Made by a program: the position numbers and the translations under genes
In this document: in pieces, positions 19,898-29,344 of the stretch
Layout of the letters: each line of letters opens with the position of its first letter
How positions within the stretch are numbered: the stretch's first letter is position 1
Assembly: GCA_965209055.1 (NCBI GenBank)
Contig: OZ242374.1
Span: forward strand, 4,768,001 to 4,832,000
Source of the DNA: Acidobacteriota bacterium
GTDB taxonomy: Bacteria > Acidobacteriota > UBA6911 > RPQK01 > JAJDTT01
Reading direction: 5' to 3'
DNA: 64,000 nt
Notes under the pieces: model-generated
Seen by the model: only the letters and a program-made list of their open reading frames with translations
Told to the model about the DNA's origin: nothing
Database searches by the model: none

Positions 19898-20783
19898 CGG
19901 CGAACTCCCGCTTCATCCCCCTGAAGGCGAGGCCGCCCAGGAAGAATATCGCCAGCGAAAAGCCGGCCATGGCCAGCCACGACTCGGGCGCCGGGATCCG
20001 GCCCTCCAGCAGCAGCAGGCGGTACCCCTCCACGACGTGGGTCAACGGATTGAGCCGCAGCCAGAACTGGAACCGGGGCGGCACCGCCTCCACCTGGTAG
20101 AAGATGGGAGTGAACCAGAACCAGAAGACCAGGAACACCGTTAGGACCTGCGCCGTGTCCCTCAGGAAGACCTGCAGGGCGGCCAGCAGCCAGCCCAGGC
20201 CCAGAGCCAGCAGCATCAGCCAGAAGAGCCATGCCGGCAACAACCAGACGGTCCAGGTCAACAGGCCGAGGTAGAGGAGCACTGACAGCAGCACCGCCAC
20301 GCCGAACAGATGGGTCACCAGGTTGGAGGCGGCCAGAGTCAGGGGCAGGACCTCCGACGGAAAGAGAGTCTTCTGAATGAGGTTCCTCTGTTCCACGACC
20401 GAGGTGCAGGAGCGCTGCAGCGTGTCCTGGAAGTAGAGCCAGGGCAGGAGCCCGCAGAAAAGGAAAACGGCGAAGCTGTCGGTCCTCCCCAGCTCGGGAC
20501 GAACCTGGAAGATGACCTGGAAAACAAAGGTGTAGGCCACTAACAGCACCAGCGGATGAAGCAACGACCAGCAGAGCCCCATGACCGAGCCCACGTAACG
20601 GCTCCTCAGGTCGCGCCTCACGAAGGTCCAGATCAGGTGCCGGCGCACCACGAGTTGGGTGAGGAAGCTGGACAGGATCTGGAACGGCACCGTGACCTTC
20701 ACGCGGGAACTCACCTCACCGGGACTGGCGTGTCCGGGTTTCCTTTCGGACCGTATGTTAGCAGTCCGTGGCGATAGTCCCAC
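19887..20783 (-). CDS. wzm: Polysaccharide ABC exporter permease
   Basis: RDLRSRYVGSVMGLCWSLLHPL, FWFTPIFY, LNPLTHVVEGYR, KREFADAL; the true start is probably a GTG near 20700-20714. Confidence 0.9.
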   Translation of the reverse strand: MGLSPRTANIRSERKPGHASPGEVSSRVKVTVPFQILSSFLTQLVVRRHLIWTFVRRDLRSRYVGSVMGLCWSLLHPLVLLVAYTFVFQVIFQVRPELGRTDSFAVFLFCGLLPWLYFQDTLQRSCTSVVEQRNLIQKTLFPSEVLPLTLAASNLVTHLFGVAVLLSVLLYLGLLTWTVWLLPAWLFWLMLLALGLGWLLAALQVFLRDTAQVLTVFLVFWFWFTPIFYQVEAVPPRFQFWLRLNPLTHVVEGYRLLLLEGRIPAPESWLAMAGFSLAIFFLGGLAFRGMKREFADAL

Positions 20784-20892
20784 GACTCTCCGGGATCGGC
20801 GGCGCTCGAAAGCGGGAGGCCTTTGGTATCATCGGCGGCGATTGCGGGCCGGACGGTCCGATCCGGAATCATTGCGCAGCGGAGGCAGAATC

Positions 20893-21690
20893 GTGACGGA
20901 GAACATCCTGGCCCTCGATTTCGACGGCGTGATTTGTGACAGCGCCCGGGAATGCCTCTTCACCTCCTATTCGTGCTACGGACCGGTGGCGGGATTCCCT
21001 CCTGCCTCGATCCTGGAGGAGATCTCCCCGAGCGTGCGGGGACCTTTCTTCCGCATGCGCCCCTTCGTCCGTGACGGAAAGGACTACATCGTCATCCTGA
21101 ATCTCATCCTGGGTCAGGACTCGGTCTCCCGCCAGCAGGATTTCGACCGCCGTTCCCGGGAACTTCTGCCGGATCTCTGCGCCTCCATGGGAGTCTCCGA
21201 TCCCCGGGCCCTGGAGGAGGTGTTTCAGGAGCACCGGAGAACGCTGCGCCAAAGGGACGAGGCGGCATGGATGGAGATGAATCCCCTCTACGCCGGGGTG
21301 GAGGAAGGGCTCAGATCGTGCCGGAGACACTTCGGCCGGATCTATGTCACCACCTCCAAGCCCAGCGATGCGGCCGCCAAGATCCTCCAGTATCAGAAGA
21401 TCGATCTCGCCACCGACCACGTCTACGGATATGACCGGGTCCGCCGCGCCCGGGGCAAGAACGGGCACCTGGCCCATCTGCATGAGCTGACGGGCGCGCC
21501 CTACTCCCGCATCCACTTCGTCGACGACCAGGTTTCCCACCTGCAATCGGCATCGGAGCTGGGCGTCGGCTGCTACCACGCCACCTGGGGATACACGACC
21601 CCGGAACAGGTCAAGGACGGGATCTCCGCCTCGGTGACTCCCCTGCAGGAAGAATCGGCGGCCGCCTGGATGAGGCGGCTGCTGGACTGA
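20893..21690 (+). CDS. HAD-superfamily hydrolase
   Basis: GGAGG RBS at 20881, GTG start; ILALDFDGVICDS motif I, VTTSK motif II, FVDD motif IV, ATWGY. Confidence 0.85.
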   Translation: MTENILALDFDGVICDSARECLFTSYSCYGPVAGFPPASILEEISPSVRGPFFRMRPFVRDGKDYIVILNLILGQDSVSRQQDFDRRSRELLPDLCASMGVSDPRALEEVFQEHRRTLRQRDEAAWMEMNPLYAGVEEGLRSCRRHFGRIYVTTSKPSDAAAKILQYQKIDLATDHVYGYDRVRRARGKNGHLAHLHELTGAPYSRIHFVDDQVSHLQSASELGVGCYHATWGYTTPEQVKDGISASVTPLQEESAAAWMRRLLD

Positions 21691-22196
21691 CTTCCGGCGA
21701 TCAGGAGTTCTCGCTCAGCTTCGGCTCGGCCTGCCCGGCCGGACCGGAGGAATAATCCTCATTGCTCCGAGTCGGACGCCGGAGCACGCCTCGGTTCAGC
21801 GCTTCCAGGCATTGGCCCGATCCCGGAGCCGGGTTGGAGACACATCGGACTCTGCGGTCGCCAATGATGGCGACTTCGGGCGAAATCGCACAGGTTTGTC
21901 ACAATATAGACCCAATTTGTCATTCCCATATCATCTTTTACCAAAACAGCTCAAATTTATTTCGTTACGCTGTACGGTAAGTGTTATATATCGCAGTGGG
22001 TCGCTCACCGAAGATCCCTCGATCCCAATTCAGTAAACAGCAAAAGAAGCTCCGCCCTCTCTTTTTCTCACAAACGTCGTTCGGGCAAACCGGACGAGAC
22101 CGAGGGGGGAGGGCCGCCCCGGGGATACGACGATGGCCGGAAGAAATTCGCTGGACATCCGATCTCCTGGATTGACGCCCCGAGAGTTGCCGGTCC

Positions 22197-25013
22197 ATGC
22201 CAAAGAGAGCCTGCCGGAGGTCCGGCGGCCGGAGTCGACATCGACAGCCCGCACCGATTGTCCTGCTCGCCCTGTTCGTCTTGTGGGGACCGACTGAAGC
22301 GTGGTCGCAAGCCACCGGTGTTTGCGACCGGACCCCACAGGTTCGAGACGCGATTCTAGGGCGGCTCACACCAGGCACGGCCTGCGGCGACGTAACTGCC
22401 CAGCAACTGGCAGGAATCAACCAACTGACCCTTTCGGACAGTGAGATCGATGCGTTTCAATCCGACGACTTTTCGGGTCTCACGAGCATGCAGTTCCTGA
22501 ATATCACAGGCACCAGTATTACCACGCTGCCGGCGGGCGTTTTCGAAGACCTTGGCCAGTTGGAGGTCCTGACCATCAACCGAAATTCTCTCCTGACTAC
22601 AGTGCCGTCGGGCGCGTTCAGGGGCCTCACCAGCATGGTGCATTTCAATTTCTACGTAAACGGACTGACTACGCTGCCGTCGGACGTGTTCAACGGTCTC
22701 CCGAGTCTCCTGCGTCTTTACATCCATACCAACGCGCTGGCAACGGTGCCGCCGGACCTGTTCAGCGGCCTGACCAACCTGGAAGAACTGGAAATGGGAT
22801 TTAATCCTCTGACAGCAGTTCCGGCCGGCCTGTTCAGAGGTCTCTCCGCGCTTCAGAAGCTCACTATGCAAAACAACCTGTTGCGGACATTGCCGGATGG
22901 GATATTCGTCGGCCTCACCAGCCTGCAGTTGTTGTACCTGAGCGGCAACCAGCCCGACGATCCCGATTCGCTCTTCCCATTCCTATTCACCTTCCCACAA
23001 GAGGGAACCGCGACTGAGGAACAGGCCACGGTGCGCGTCCGCCTGGGGTTGGGCGTTCCCCTGCCAATGTTGCAGTTGTCCTTGTCGGCAGAAGGAGGCA
23101 CCGTGTCGCCCGCAGTGGTGTCTATCGCGCAAGGCGAGACCGAGAGTGCGCCGGTCACCGTGACGCGTACCGGGGACGGACCCGTCACTCTCATACTTAC
23201 TGGCCTGAGCGCGGACTTGAGCTGCACCATTACCTCCGTCTGCTGGAGCGGGTTCCGCTTCACCTACAGGCCACTCACTTTGTGGGAGGGTCCGGCGGGG
23301 ACCCCGATCGACGACAGCGACGACGTCCCGGGTTCCCAACTGCTGTTCATCACCGACACGGGGACCAGCGCCCGGGACCAGGCGGGGACCGGCATCCCGG
23401 CCTCTCGGAGTGTCTCGGACCTGTTGGGGACGACGGAGGCCGCTCAGAAGAACTTCATCTCCGTTGCCAACACCAGCGAGCACCGGGCGGTGACGGTGCT
23501 GTTTCAATATCACAACGACGAGATGAAACGTGTTCTCTGGTACCTGCGGGTTCTGAGGGCCGGCGCCGCGGTCCTGGTCGATCCCTTCGATCACGAGATT
23601 CCAGGCACTGCTGACGGAGAGGGCGCCGGGGGGAGGGTGAACATCAAGGATATCCTCTTCGACACGATCCCGGCTCTGAGTTCCGAAGAGGATGCCGGCT
23701 TCAATTCCGGGCGATTCGTGATTGCCGTCACGGCGGTGGGTGCAAACACGGTCGACGATCCCGACACCAGCGACAACGAAAGCAATACGGCTGACACGGC
23801 GAACATCCTCTTCCCCACATTCCTGGCCAAGGACCTGCACGGGGTGGACAACATCGACAATTGCGGGGAGATCAGGACGGCCGTCGGCGCCACCGACGAA
23901 GACAACAACCTCGAATACACCCGGCATGGCATTGACGGAGCCAATGATTGCTCCCAAGCGAGCGACGCTGCCGGTGCCGACGATACCTCCAGGAACGTCG
24001 GCGACTTGAGCATCCACAACTACCATCCCCTGGCTTTCAACTGGTTGACCGGCCACCACACGGCGGCCCAGCTCCTTCCGGACCTGGGCGAGGGGATCGC
24101 CTGGGGCGTGAACGCCTTGACGCGACCGGCCATTGCGACCTCCGGGGCGGCGAGTGCGGTTCACATCGGAATCGACGTCCCTTATACCGTCCTGGACGGC
24201 GCGAACGGGGGTCGTTTGGCCCCCAAGGTGCATGGGGGCGCCGAGGAGGAGAACGCCGCGACCGACGACGACAACCGAGCCGACGACAGCGGCGCCGGGT
24301 CTCCCGTGGCCCAGGATCCGACGGCCTCGGAGAACAACCGAGTCGTCAACGGCGGGGCGCTTGTATGGCCGGCCCTGTACCGGACCGTCCACCAGGAGCA
24401 GCGGGTCCGGTTCCTGTCCGTGGCGGATGACTACGGCGACCCTGGCGAGTACCAACTCCTTGCCGCCAGGACTCTGTACAGGATCGCGCTCCACGATGCC
24501 ATGGGAAATGTATTGTCGTTCCCCGAGACGGATCTCCCAGTGTTCGGTGGACTGCCCCTTCCCGAGCCTCCGCCGAGCCTCCATGTCCTGGTGGATGGGA
24601 TCGGAGTCCTGCCCAATGCTTCTCCGGCGGATTGCATTGGGAATGCCCGGGTCGAAGGTTGGAGCTTGGCCGACCTGACGGACATCGTCCCCTCGGCGGC
24701 CGCCGGTGGGACCGGCTTTGCGGGTCTGGACGCCCCGGTCGATCCGGAGACGAACGCTTCATCGGGGTGGGTGAGGTTCCACCGCGCCCAGGTCACATGC
24801 ACCAGGGACTTTGGAGACGGAGACCCTTCCGACAGCGTGATTGAGATTCCCGATGGCGTTCCGACCCAGGACAAGAGGTCGTTCATCGGCGGCACCGTGG
24901 TGGTGGAGAAGGAGACGGCGAACCGCACCTTCGTCACGGCGGGGCAAGTCGTCGTGAGATTCCTGACCCCGCACTCGGCATTCGGGGCCTCCTGGTGGCT
25001 GGGCGAAGATTAG
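22197..25013 (+). CDS. Secreted leucine-rich-repeat surface protein with a large C-terminal domain of unknown (S-layer-like?) function
   Basis: Signal peptide ending TEAWSQ, Cys cap VCDRTPQVRDAIL..C, 7 full 24-25-aa repeats of LxxLxLxxNxLxxLPxxxFxGLxx plus a partial repeat (about 22416-22950), beta-rich linker, Asp/Gly-rich C-terminal region. Confidence 0.85.
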   Translation: MPKRACRRSGGRSRHRQPAPIVLLALFVLWGPTEAWSQATGVCDRTPQVRDAILGRLTPGTACGDVTAQQLAGINQLTLSDSEIDAFQSDDFSGLTSMQFLNITGTSITTLPAGVFEDLGQLEVLTINRNSLLTTVPSGAFRGLTSMVHFNFYVNGLTTLPSDVFNGLPSLLRLYIHTNALATVPPDLFSGLTNLEELEMGFNPLTAVPAGLFRGLSALQKLTMQNNLLRTLPDGIFVGLTSLQLLYLSGNQPDDPDSLFPFLFTFPQEGTATEEQATVRVRLGLGVPLPMLQLSLSAEGGTVSPAVVSIAQGETESAPVTVTRTGDGPVTLILTGLSADLSCTITSVCWSGFRFTYRPLTLWEGPAGTPIDDSDDVPGSQLLFITDTGTSARDQAGTGIPASRSVSDLLGTTEAAQKNFISVANTSEHRAVTVLFQYHNDEMKRVLWYLRVLRAGAAVLVDPFDHEIPGTADGEGAGGRVNIKDILFDTIPALSSEEDAGFNSGRFVIAVTAVGANTVDDPDTSDNESNTADTANILFPTFLAKDLHGVDNIDNCGEIRTAVGATDEDNNLEYTRHGIDGANDCSQASDAAGADDTSRNVGDLSIHNYHPLAFNWLTGHHTAAQLLPDLGEGIAWGVNALTRPAIATSGAASAVHIGIDVPYTVLDGANGGRLAPKVHGGAEEENAATDDDNRADDSGAGSPVAQDPTASENNRVVNGGALVWPALYRTVHQEQRVRFLSVADDYGDPGEYQLLAARTLYRIALHDAMGNVLSFPETDLPVFGGLPLPEPPPSLHVLVDGIGVLPNASPADCIGNARVEGWSLADLTDIVPSAAAGGTGFAGLDAPVDPETNASSGWVRFHRAQVTCTRDFGDGDPSDSVIEIPDGVPTQDKRSFIGGTVVVEKETANRTFVTAGQVVVRFLTPHSAFGASWWLGED

Positions 25014-25255
25014 GCCGGACCGAATCGGCAGTTGCGACGGCTCATGTCCAAGGATCGGAGGGCTTGCGTTGGAGAGGAAAACGACAGCGCAAGAACTCAA
25101 GCAAGAACCAATGCCCACCACAAAACCCGGCAGGGAATGTTTCCGTGTTTTCAGCCCGCCGCTCTTCGGCCTGCGAGGGTGTCTTGTCCAGAACGGCCCG
25201 TTCCCGCCTTGACGCGCCTCCATATCAGGGGGGTCATCGCCGTCGCGGCCGCCGC

Positions 25256-25549
25256 CTAGTCTGAGGAGTGTTCCGCTGATGTCCGGCGCGCCGGCCGGAC
25301 CGGAGGCGTCTTCTCGGCGGTTCGATCCCGGAGCGACCTCAGTTCCCGGACCAGTGCCTGCTGCACCCGGGTCTGCTCCTGAATTGCCCGGGCCACCGCG
25401 TCCAAACGGGGCTTGATCCCGAAAATCGCGAAAGGCACCAGGCACCAGATCAGACCCAGCACGACACACAGACACAGAATCAGAACGAACGAGCTTCCCA
25501 GGATGAAACCCAGGACGTCCATGATCGGCTCGGCATTCATCGCAGGCAC
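25256..25549 (-). CDS. Small membrane protein
   Basis: Long hydrophobic stretch ending LVPFAIFGIK followed by a short coiled tail. Confidence 0.6.
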   Translation of the reverse strand: MPAMNAEPIMDVLGFILGSSFVLILCLCVVLGLIWCLVPFAIFGIKPRLDAVARAIQEQTRVQQALVRELRSLRDRTAEKTPPVRPARRTSAEHSSD

Positions 25550-25594
25550 TCCCGCATACGGCGGACCGAGAGATGCGAAGGAACCGGAAGTGAT

Positions 25595-26455
25595 TTAACC
25601 GGCCGGCTCCAGAACGTGGGCGAATTCCTCCCGCCGGACCTGATCGCCGAACAGGACCGGGGCGCATCCTTCCAGGTCGTAGAGAAACATGGCTCGCGTG
25701 GCCTGATCCGGATCGATATCCCGAACCAGAAGCGCCTCTTCTCCCAGCCCGGTTTCTCCCACCACCTGCCCGTCCGGGGCCACGACCAGGCTGGTGCTGT
25801 TCTGATGCTCCTCGTAGCAGCAGTTGCAGGAAGCGACCCAAACCGTGTTCTCGGCCGCTCGAGCGACGATCAAGGAACGGTGAATCGGGATTTTCCAAGC
25901 GGCCGGGCGCGTGGTGTTGTTCTGAGGATGAAAGACCAGTTGGACTCCCTGGGAGACACACTCGCGCGTGGCCTCGGGAAACCGGAATCCCTCGAAGCAG
26001 ATGACGACCCCCACCCGGACTCCCCACAGCTCATAGGTCTCGAAGCGGGTCCCGGGGATATAGGCGGTGGCGTCCAGGGGAGTCAGCCGGACCTTGTGGT
26101 GGGCCCCCAGAATCTGGCCTTTTTCGGAAACGACCAGAGCCGAATTGTAGGGTTTCCCCAGCACCGGATCCTCCGGGTTGGGGATTTCGGTCCCCAGGAT
26201 GCAGGCCATTCCCAATTCTCCGCAGCGCTCGGCCACCTGCCGATGGAGCCGGGAAAGATGGTCCGCCGGCACCGGCCGCTGCGGGGGCGGCGGCGTCACG
26301 TCGACGCGGTAGCCGACGGTGTGAGTCTCGGGAAAGCAAAGGATCTGCACGCCCCGGGCCGCAGCCTCCTCCATGAACCGGAAGACGGTCCGGGCGTTGA
26401 TCTGAAGGTCGTCCACCTGCCTGGCCTGAGCCAGCCCAATCCGGATTGAAGCCAT
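25595..26455 (-). CDS. Carbon-nitrogen hydrolase (nitrilase family)
   Basis: IRIGLAQ, LCFPE (Glu), HHKVRL (Lys), VICFEG (Cys), ARAAEN; start at ATG 26455, not the ORF-track start. Confidence 0.9.
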   Translation of the reverse strand: MASIRIGLAQARQVDDLQINARTVFRFMEEAAARGVQILCFPETHTVGYRVDVTPPPPQRPVPADHLSRLHRQVAERCGELGMACILGTEIPNPEDPVLGKPYNSALVVSEKGQILGAHHKVRLTPLDATAYIPGTRFETYELWGVRVGVVICFEGFRFPEATRECVSQGVQLVFHPQNNTTRPAAWKIPIHRSLIVARAAENTVWVASCNCCYEEHQNSTSLVVAPDGQVVGETGLGEEALLVRDIDPDQATRAMFLYDLEGCAPVLFGDQVRREEFAHVLEPAG

Positions 26456-26542
26456 TGGCGTTTCCCCCCTTTTTCCTCGAATCCTACCACTTCTCTCCTC
26501 TTTGCTCTCCGAACGGTTTATTCTGAAAACCGGAGGGACAAC

Positions 26543-27295
26543 ATGAACAGGATCGATCTGACAGGAAAGAACGCGGTTGTTACCGGAGGGGCCCGTGGCA
26601 TCGGCTATGCCATTGCCCGGCGCCTCCTGGATTCGGGAGCAGCCTGCTGCATTTGGGACATCAATGAGGAGACCGCGGCGGCAGCGGCGGATCGACTCGG
26701 GGAAAAGGGAGCCTGCAGCTTCCGGACGGTCGATCTGACCCGGGCGGATCAGGTCGATGCCGTTGCCGAGAGCACCCGCAGCGATTTGGGGTCCATCGAC
26801 ATTCTGGTGAACAATGCCGGCGTCGCCGGCGCCACCAAGCCCCTCTGGGAGTATGACCCACAGGAGTGGCATTGGGTCGTCGAGGTCGACCTGTTCGGCG
26901 TCTATCACTGCTGCCGCTCGGTGGTCCCCATGATGCTGGACCGGGGCTGGGGCCGAATCGTGAGCATCGCCTCCATCGCCGGCAAGGAGGGGAACCCCAA
27001 CGCCTCCCACTACAGCTCCGCCAAGGCGGGTGTCATCGGCCTGACCAAGGCCCTGGGCAAGGAACTGGCCACCAGCGGAATCCTGGTGAATTGCGTGACC
27101 CCGGCCGTGATCGAGACCGACATGCTGAAACAGTTGACCCAGCAGCACATCGACTACATGCGCTCCAAGATCCCGATGGACCGCTTCGGAAAGACCGAAG
27201 AGGTGGCGGCGCTGGTGGCCTGGCTTTCGTCCCCGGACTGTTCGTTCAGCACCGGCGGCGTGTTCGATATCTCGGGCGGGCGGGCCACCTACTAG
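26543..27295 (+). CDS. SDR family NAD(P)-dependent oxidoreductase
   Basis: TGGARGIG, LVNNAG, YSSAK, DISGGRATY; GGAGG RBS. Confidence 0.93.
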   Translation: MNRIDLTGKNAVVTGGARGIGYAIARRLLDSGAACCIWDINEETAAAAADRLGEKGACSFRTVDLTRADQVDAVAESTRSDLGSIDILVNNAGVAGATKPLWEYDPQEWHWVVEVDLFGVYHCCRSVVPMMLDRGWGRIVSIASIAGKEGNPNASHYSSAKAGVIGLTKALGKELATSGILVNCVTPAVIETDMLKQLTQQHIDYMRSKIPMDRFGKTEEVAALVAWLSSPDCSFSTGGVFDISGGRATY

Positions 27296-27347
27296 CCAAG
27301 ACCGGGAAGGATCCGGCGGAGGGGGCCGTAGCGGCGGGAAATGCGAA

Positions 27348-27378
27348 GGGCCCCGGCCTGGGGTCAGGCGCGGGGCCC
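27348..27378. terminator. GC-rich hairpin between the convergent SDR gene and the micro-ORF/radical SAM unit
   Basis: GGGCCCCG-GCCTG-GGGT-CAGGC-G-CGGGGCCC, a 13-bp stem with one bulge; U-tract is weak. Confidence 0.5.
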
Positions 27379-27459
27379 AGAAAGGAATGGTTTCGGTGGC
27401 GTTGGGTCCCCTTCCCTCAGGAAACCCTCCTTGACACCACTTGACAAGAGTGGCTTCCG

Positions 27460-27504
27460 TTAGAAGGACGCCACCTCCGCCATACCATGTTTATCTATAT
27501 CCAC
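27460..27504 (-). CDS. Putative 14-aa micropeptide MDIDKHGMAEVASF within a structured RNA
   Basis: GTG...TAA preceded by AAAGGAGGTGAT (reverse complement of 27508-27519), a full anti-16S match, with GGAGG 7 nt before the start. Confidence 0.5.
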   Translation of the reverse strand: MDIDKHGMAEVASF

Positions 27505-27619
27505 TGAATCACCTCCTTTCCGGGCAATACCCTCACTTAGCAAGACCCCTCCTGCTCGGCTCCGTGGGCCGCCCAAGTCCCTGGAACCGCCACCACTCCG
27601 ATGCCGGAGCCTGTGGAAC

Positions 27620-28504
27620 TCAACAATGTTCGACCATAGGCCGGCCGCTTGTCAAATACCGGCCCGCAAACCCATCGATGCCGACTCCGACCCGCCCTGG
27701 GAGGATGTCCCGGGCCACCTGGACCATACGGTCCCGGTAGGCGAGACCGATGGATTCCTTGTCGACCTGAATCATCGCTCGAGGCAACGCCGTCCTCAGC
27801 GTCCGTGACCCGTCGGGAGATCCGTCTCCCTCGACGAAATGGTCGATCACGACCCGGTCCGCGGCGTCGCCGATTCGGCGAAAGAATCGCTCCGGATCCC
27901 GGATGGGCAGCAGCGGAGAAACGGTGATCACGGTGAAAAGGCCGAGTCGCCGGAGCCGGCAAGCAGCCTCGAAGCGGTGATCGACGGAGCTGGCGTGGCC
28001 GGGCAGGCCGGGGACGGCGTCGAGATCGGTCTCGATGGAAATATGGATCCGAAGCCGGCAGCGCCGTGAGAGTTCCAGGTAGAGGTCGGAGTAGCCGGTC
28101 ACCCGGTGGGAGTGGGTCTGAAGCACCAACAGGTCGGGCGGCTGCTCCAACATGGCCTCCAGGACGCTGTCGGTGACACGGTACCGGGATTCCTGGGGCA
28201 GAAATGGCTCGGTGGAACTGGACAGGAAGACTCCGAAACGCTCTCTGCAGCGGCGGGCCCAGTTCCTTTCCCGCCGCCAGTGCCGCCGATAGGAAGCGGC
28301 AGCGTTCTCCCGGACCTCCAGGAAACTCCCCCAGGAGCGTCCCCGGGTCAGAAAGAAATTGTGCCGGACGTAGCAACCGGCGCCGCAGAGTGAGTTGCCG
28401 AAACTGCAGCCCCGATAGGGCTGGAGCGAGTGGGAAGTGACGGTCTTCAGGTAGCCGCTGGTCCGGGTGAGGACGTTTCCCACCTCCCGCAGGGTGACAT
28501 CCAT
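27620..28504 (-). CDS. Radical SAM protein, spore-photoproduct-lyase-like (SplB/Rv2578c-like)
   Basis: LTRTSGYL..HSLQPYRGCSFGNSLCGAGCYV, FLSSSTEPF, ISIETD, TVSPLLP. Confidence 0.8.
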   Translation of the reverse strand: MDVTLREVGNVLTRTSGYLKTVTSHSLQPYRGCSFGNSLCGAGCYVRHNFFLTRGRSWGSFLEVRENAAASYRRHWRRERNWARRCRERFGVFLSSSTEPFLPQESRYRVTDSVLEAMLEQPPDLLVLQTHSHRVTGYSDLYLELSRRCRLRIHISIETDLDAVPGLPGHASSVDHRFEAACRLRRLGLFTVITVSPLLPIRDPERFFRRIGDAADRVVIDHFVEGDGSPDGSRTLRTALPRAMIQVDKESIGLAYRDRMVQVARDILPGRVGVGIDGFAGRYLTSGRPMVEHC

Positions 28505-28559
28505 CCTTCCCACTCTACGGGCTTCGAGGCGCGGGCTCCAGCGGGCGCGGTTGGAAGCT

Positions 28560-29159
28560 TCAGTTGATCGTGCTCTGACCCGGCACCGGCAGATCGTCGG
28601 GGAGGACGTTGCGGTTCACGGCCTGGTCCAGATCGATGACATAGGTGTGGGGAGACTCCAGCAGAATCGGCGAATGGGTCGCCGTGACGATGCGCATGTT
28701 CTTCTGATCCACCAGTTCCATGAGCATCTTGAGCACGCGGCGCTGGTTCGACTGGGACAGGGCCATCTCCGGCTCGTCCAGCAGGAGCACCGTCCCTTCG
28801 GGGAGCTTGGGAAACGACTCCTGGAAGAGCGAGAGCATGATCTGGCCGTGGCTCGCGACATGGAGGAATTCCAGCATCTGCGGCTCGTCCTTGAAGAGGT
28901 GCAACTGATTGCGGGGGTTGTGCTGCTCGGCGTCGAAGAGGCGAACCTCCCCGATCTCCACGTCCCGGGTTTCGAGACGATACGAATAGTGCTGCAGTCG
29001 TTCACCCCTAAGCGCATGGTAGATGGAATGAAGCAGCGTCGACTTCCCCGATCCGTTCTCTCCGCTCAGCATGATGAGGGGATGACGCAGATCGACGATC
29101 ATGGGCATGTGGAAGTTCAGGTTCATGAATATGGGATGAGTGAGGATTTTCAGGTACAT
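28560..29159 (-). CDS. Stand-alone ABC/AAA-type ATPase
   Basis: GENGSGKST Walker A, SHGQ signature, LLLDEPE Walker B, ATHSP; start at ATG 29159. Confidence 0.85.
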   Translation of the reverse strand: MYLKILTHPIFMNLNFHMPMIVDLRHPLIMLSGENGSGKSTLLHSIYHALRGERLQHYSYRLETRDVEIGEVRLFDAEQHNPRNQLHLFKDEPQMLEFLHVASHGQIMLSLFQESFPKLPEGTVLLLDEPEMALSQSNQRRVLKMLMELVDQKNMRIVTATHSPILLESPHTYVIDLDQAVNRNVLPDDLPVPGQSTIN

Positions 29160-29344
29160 GGTTTGCTCGACTCGTGGGTGACGATTCCGGCGGTGGACCC
29201 CGCCCCCAGAACAGACCGGGGGCCCCATGTTAGGAAGCGCGCCGGGAACCGTCAAGGAACGATGGTCCACACAACCAGCCTTGTGAGGTGGACCCGAAGG
29301 ACTCCCGAATCGAAGGTTGCTTCCATCCCTCACGCAGGAAGGGA

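Noticed and set aside
17795-19924. Long antisense ORFs (here and 1588-3132, 7350-9038, 12177-14009, 28467-30089, 32978-34936, 57698-59233)
   Set aside because: Shadow frames of real genes in high-GC DNA with no recognisable motifs
25595-27148. 517-aa ORF suggesting a nitrilase fusion
   Set aside because: The extension is the antisense frame of the SDR gene; the real start is 26455
27507-27520. ATCACCTCCTTT on the plus strand resembles the 16S rRNA 3' end
   Set aside because: No other 16S sequence precedes it; better explained as a minus-strand Shine-Dalgarno
27620-28504. Radical SAM gene as the missing swfC
   Set aside because: It is 21 kb away and SplB-like, with no evidence of linkage
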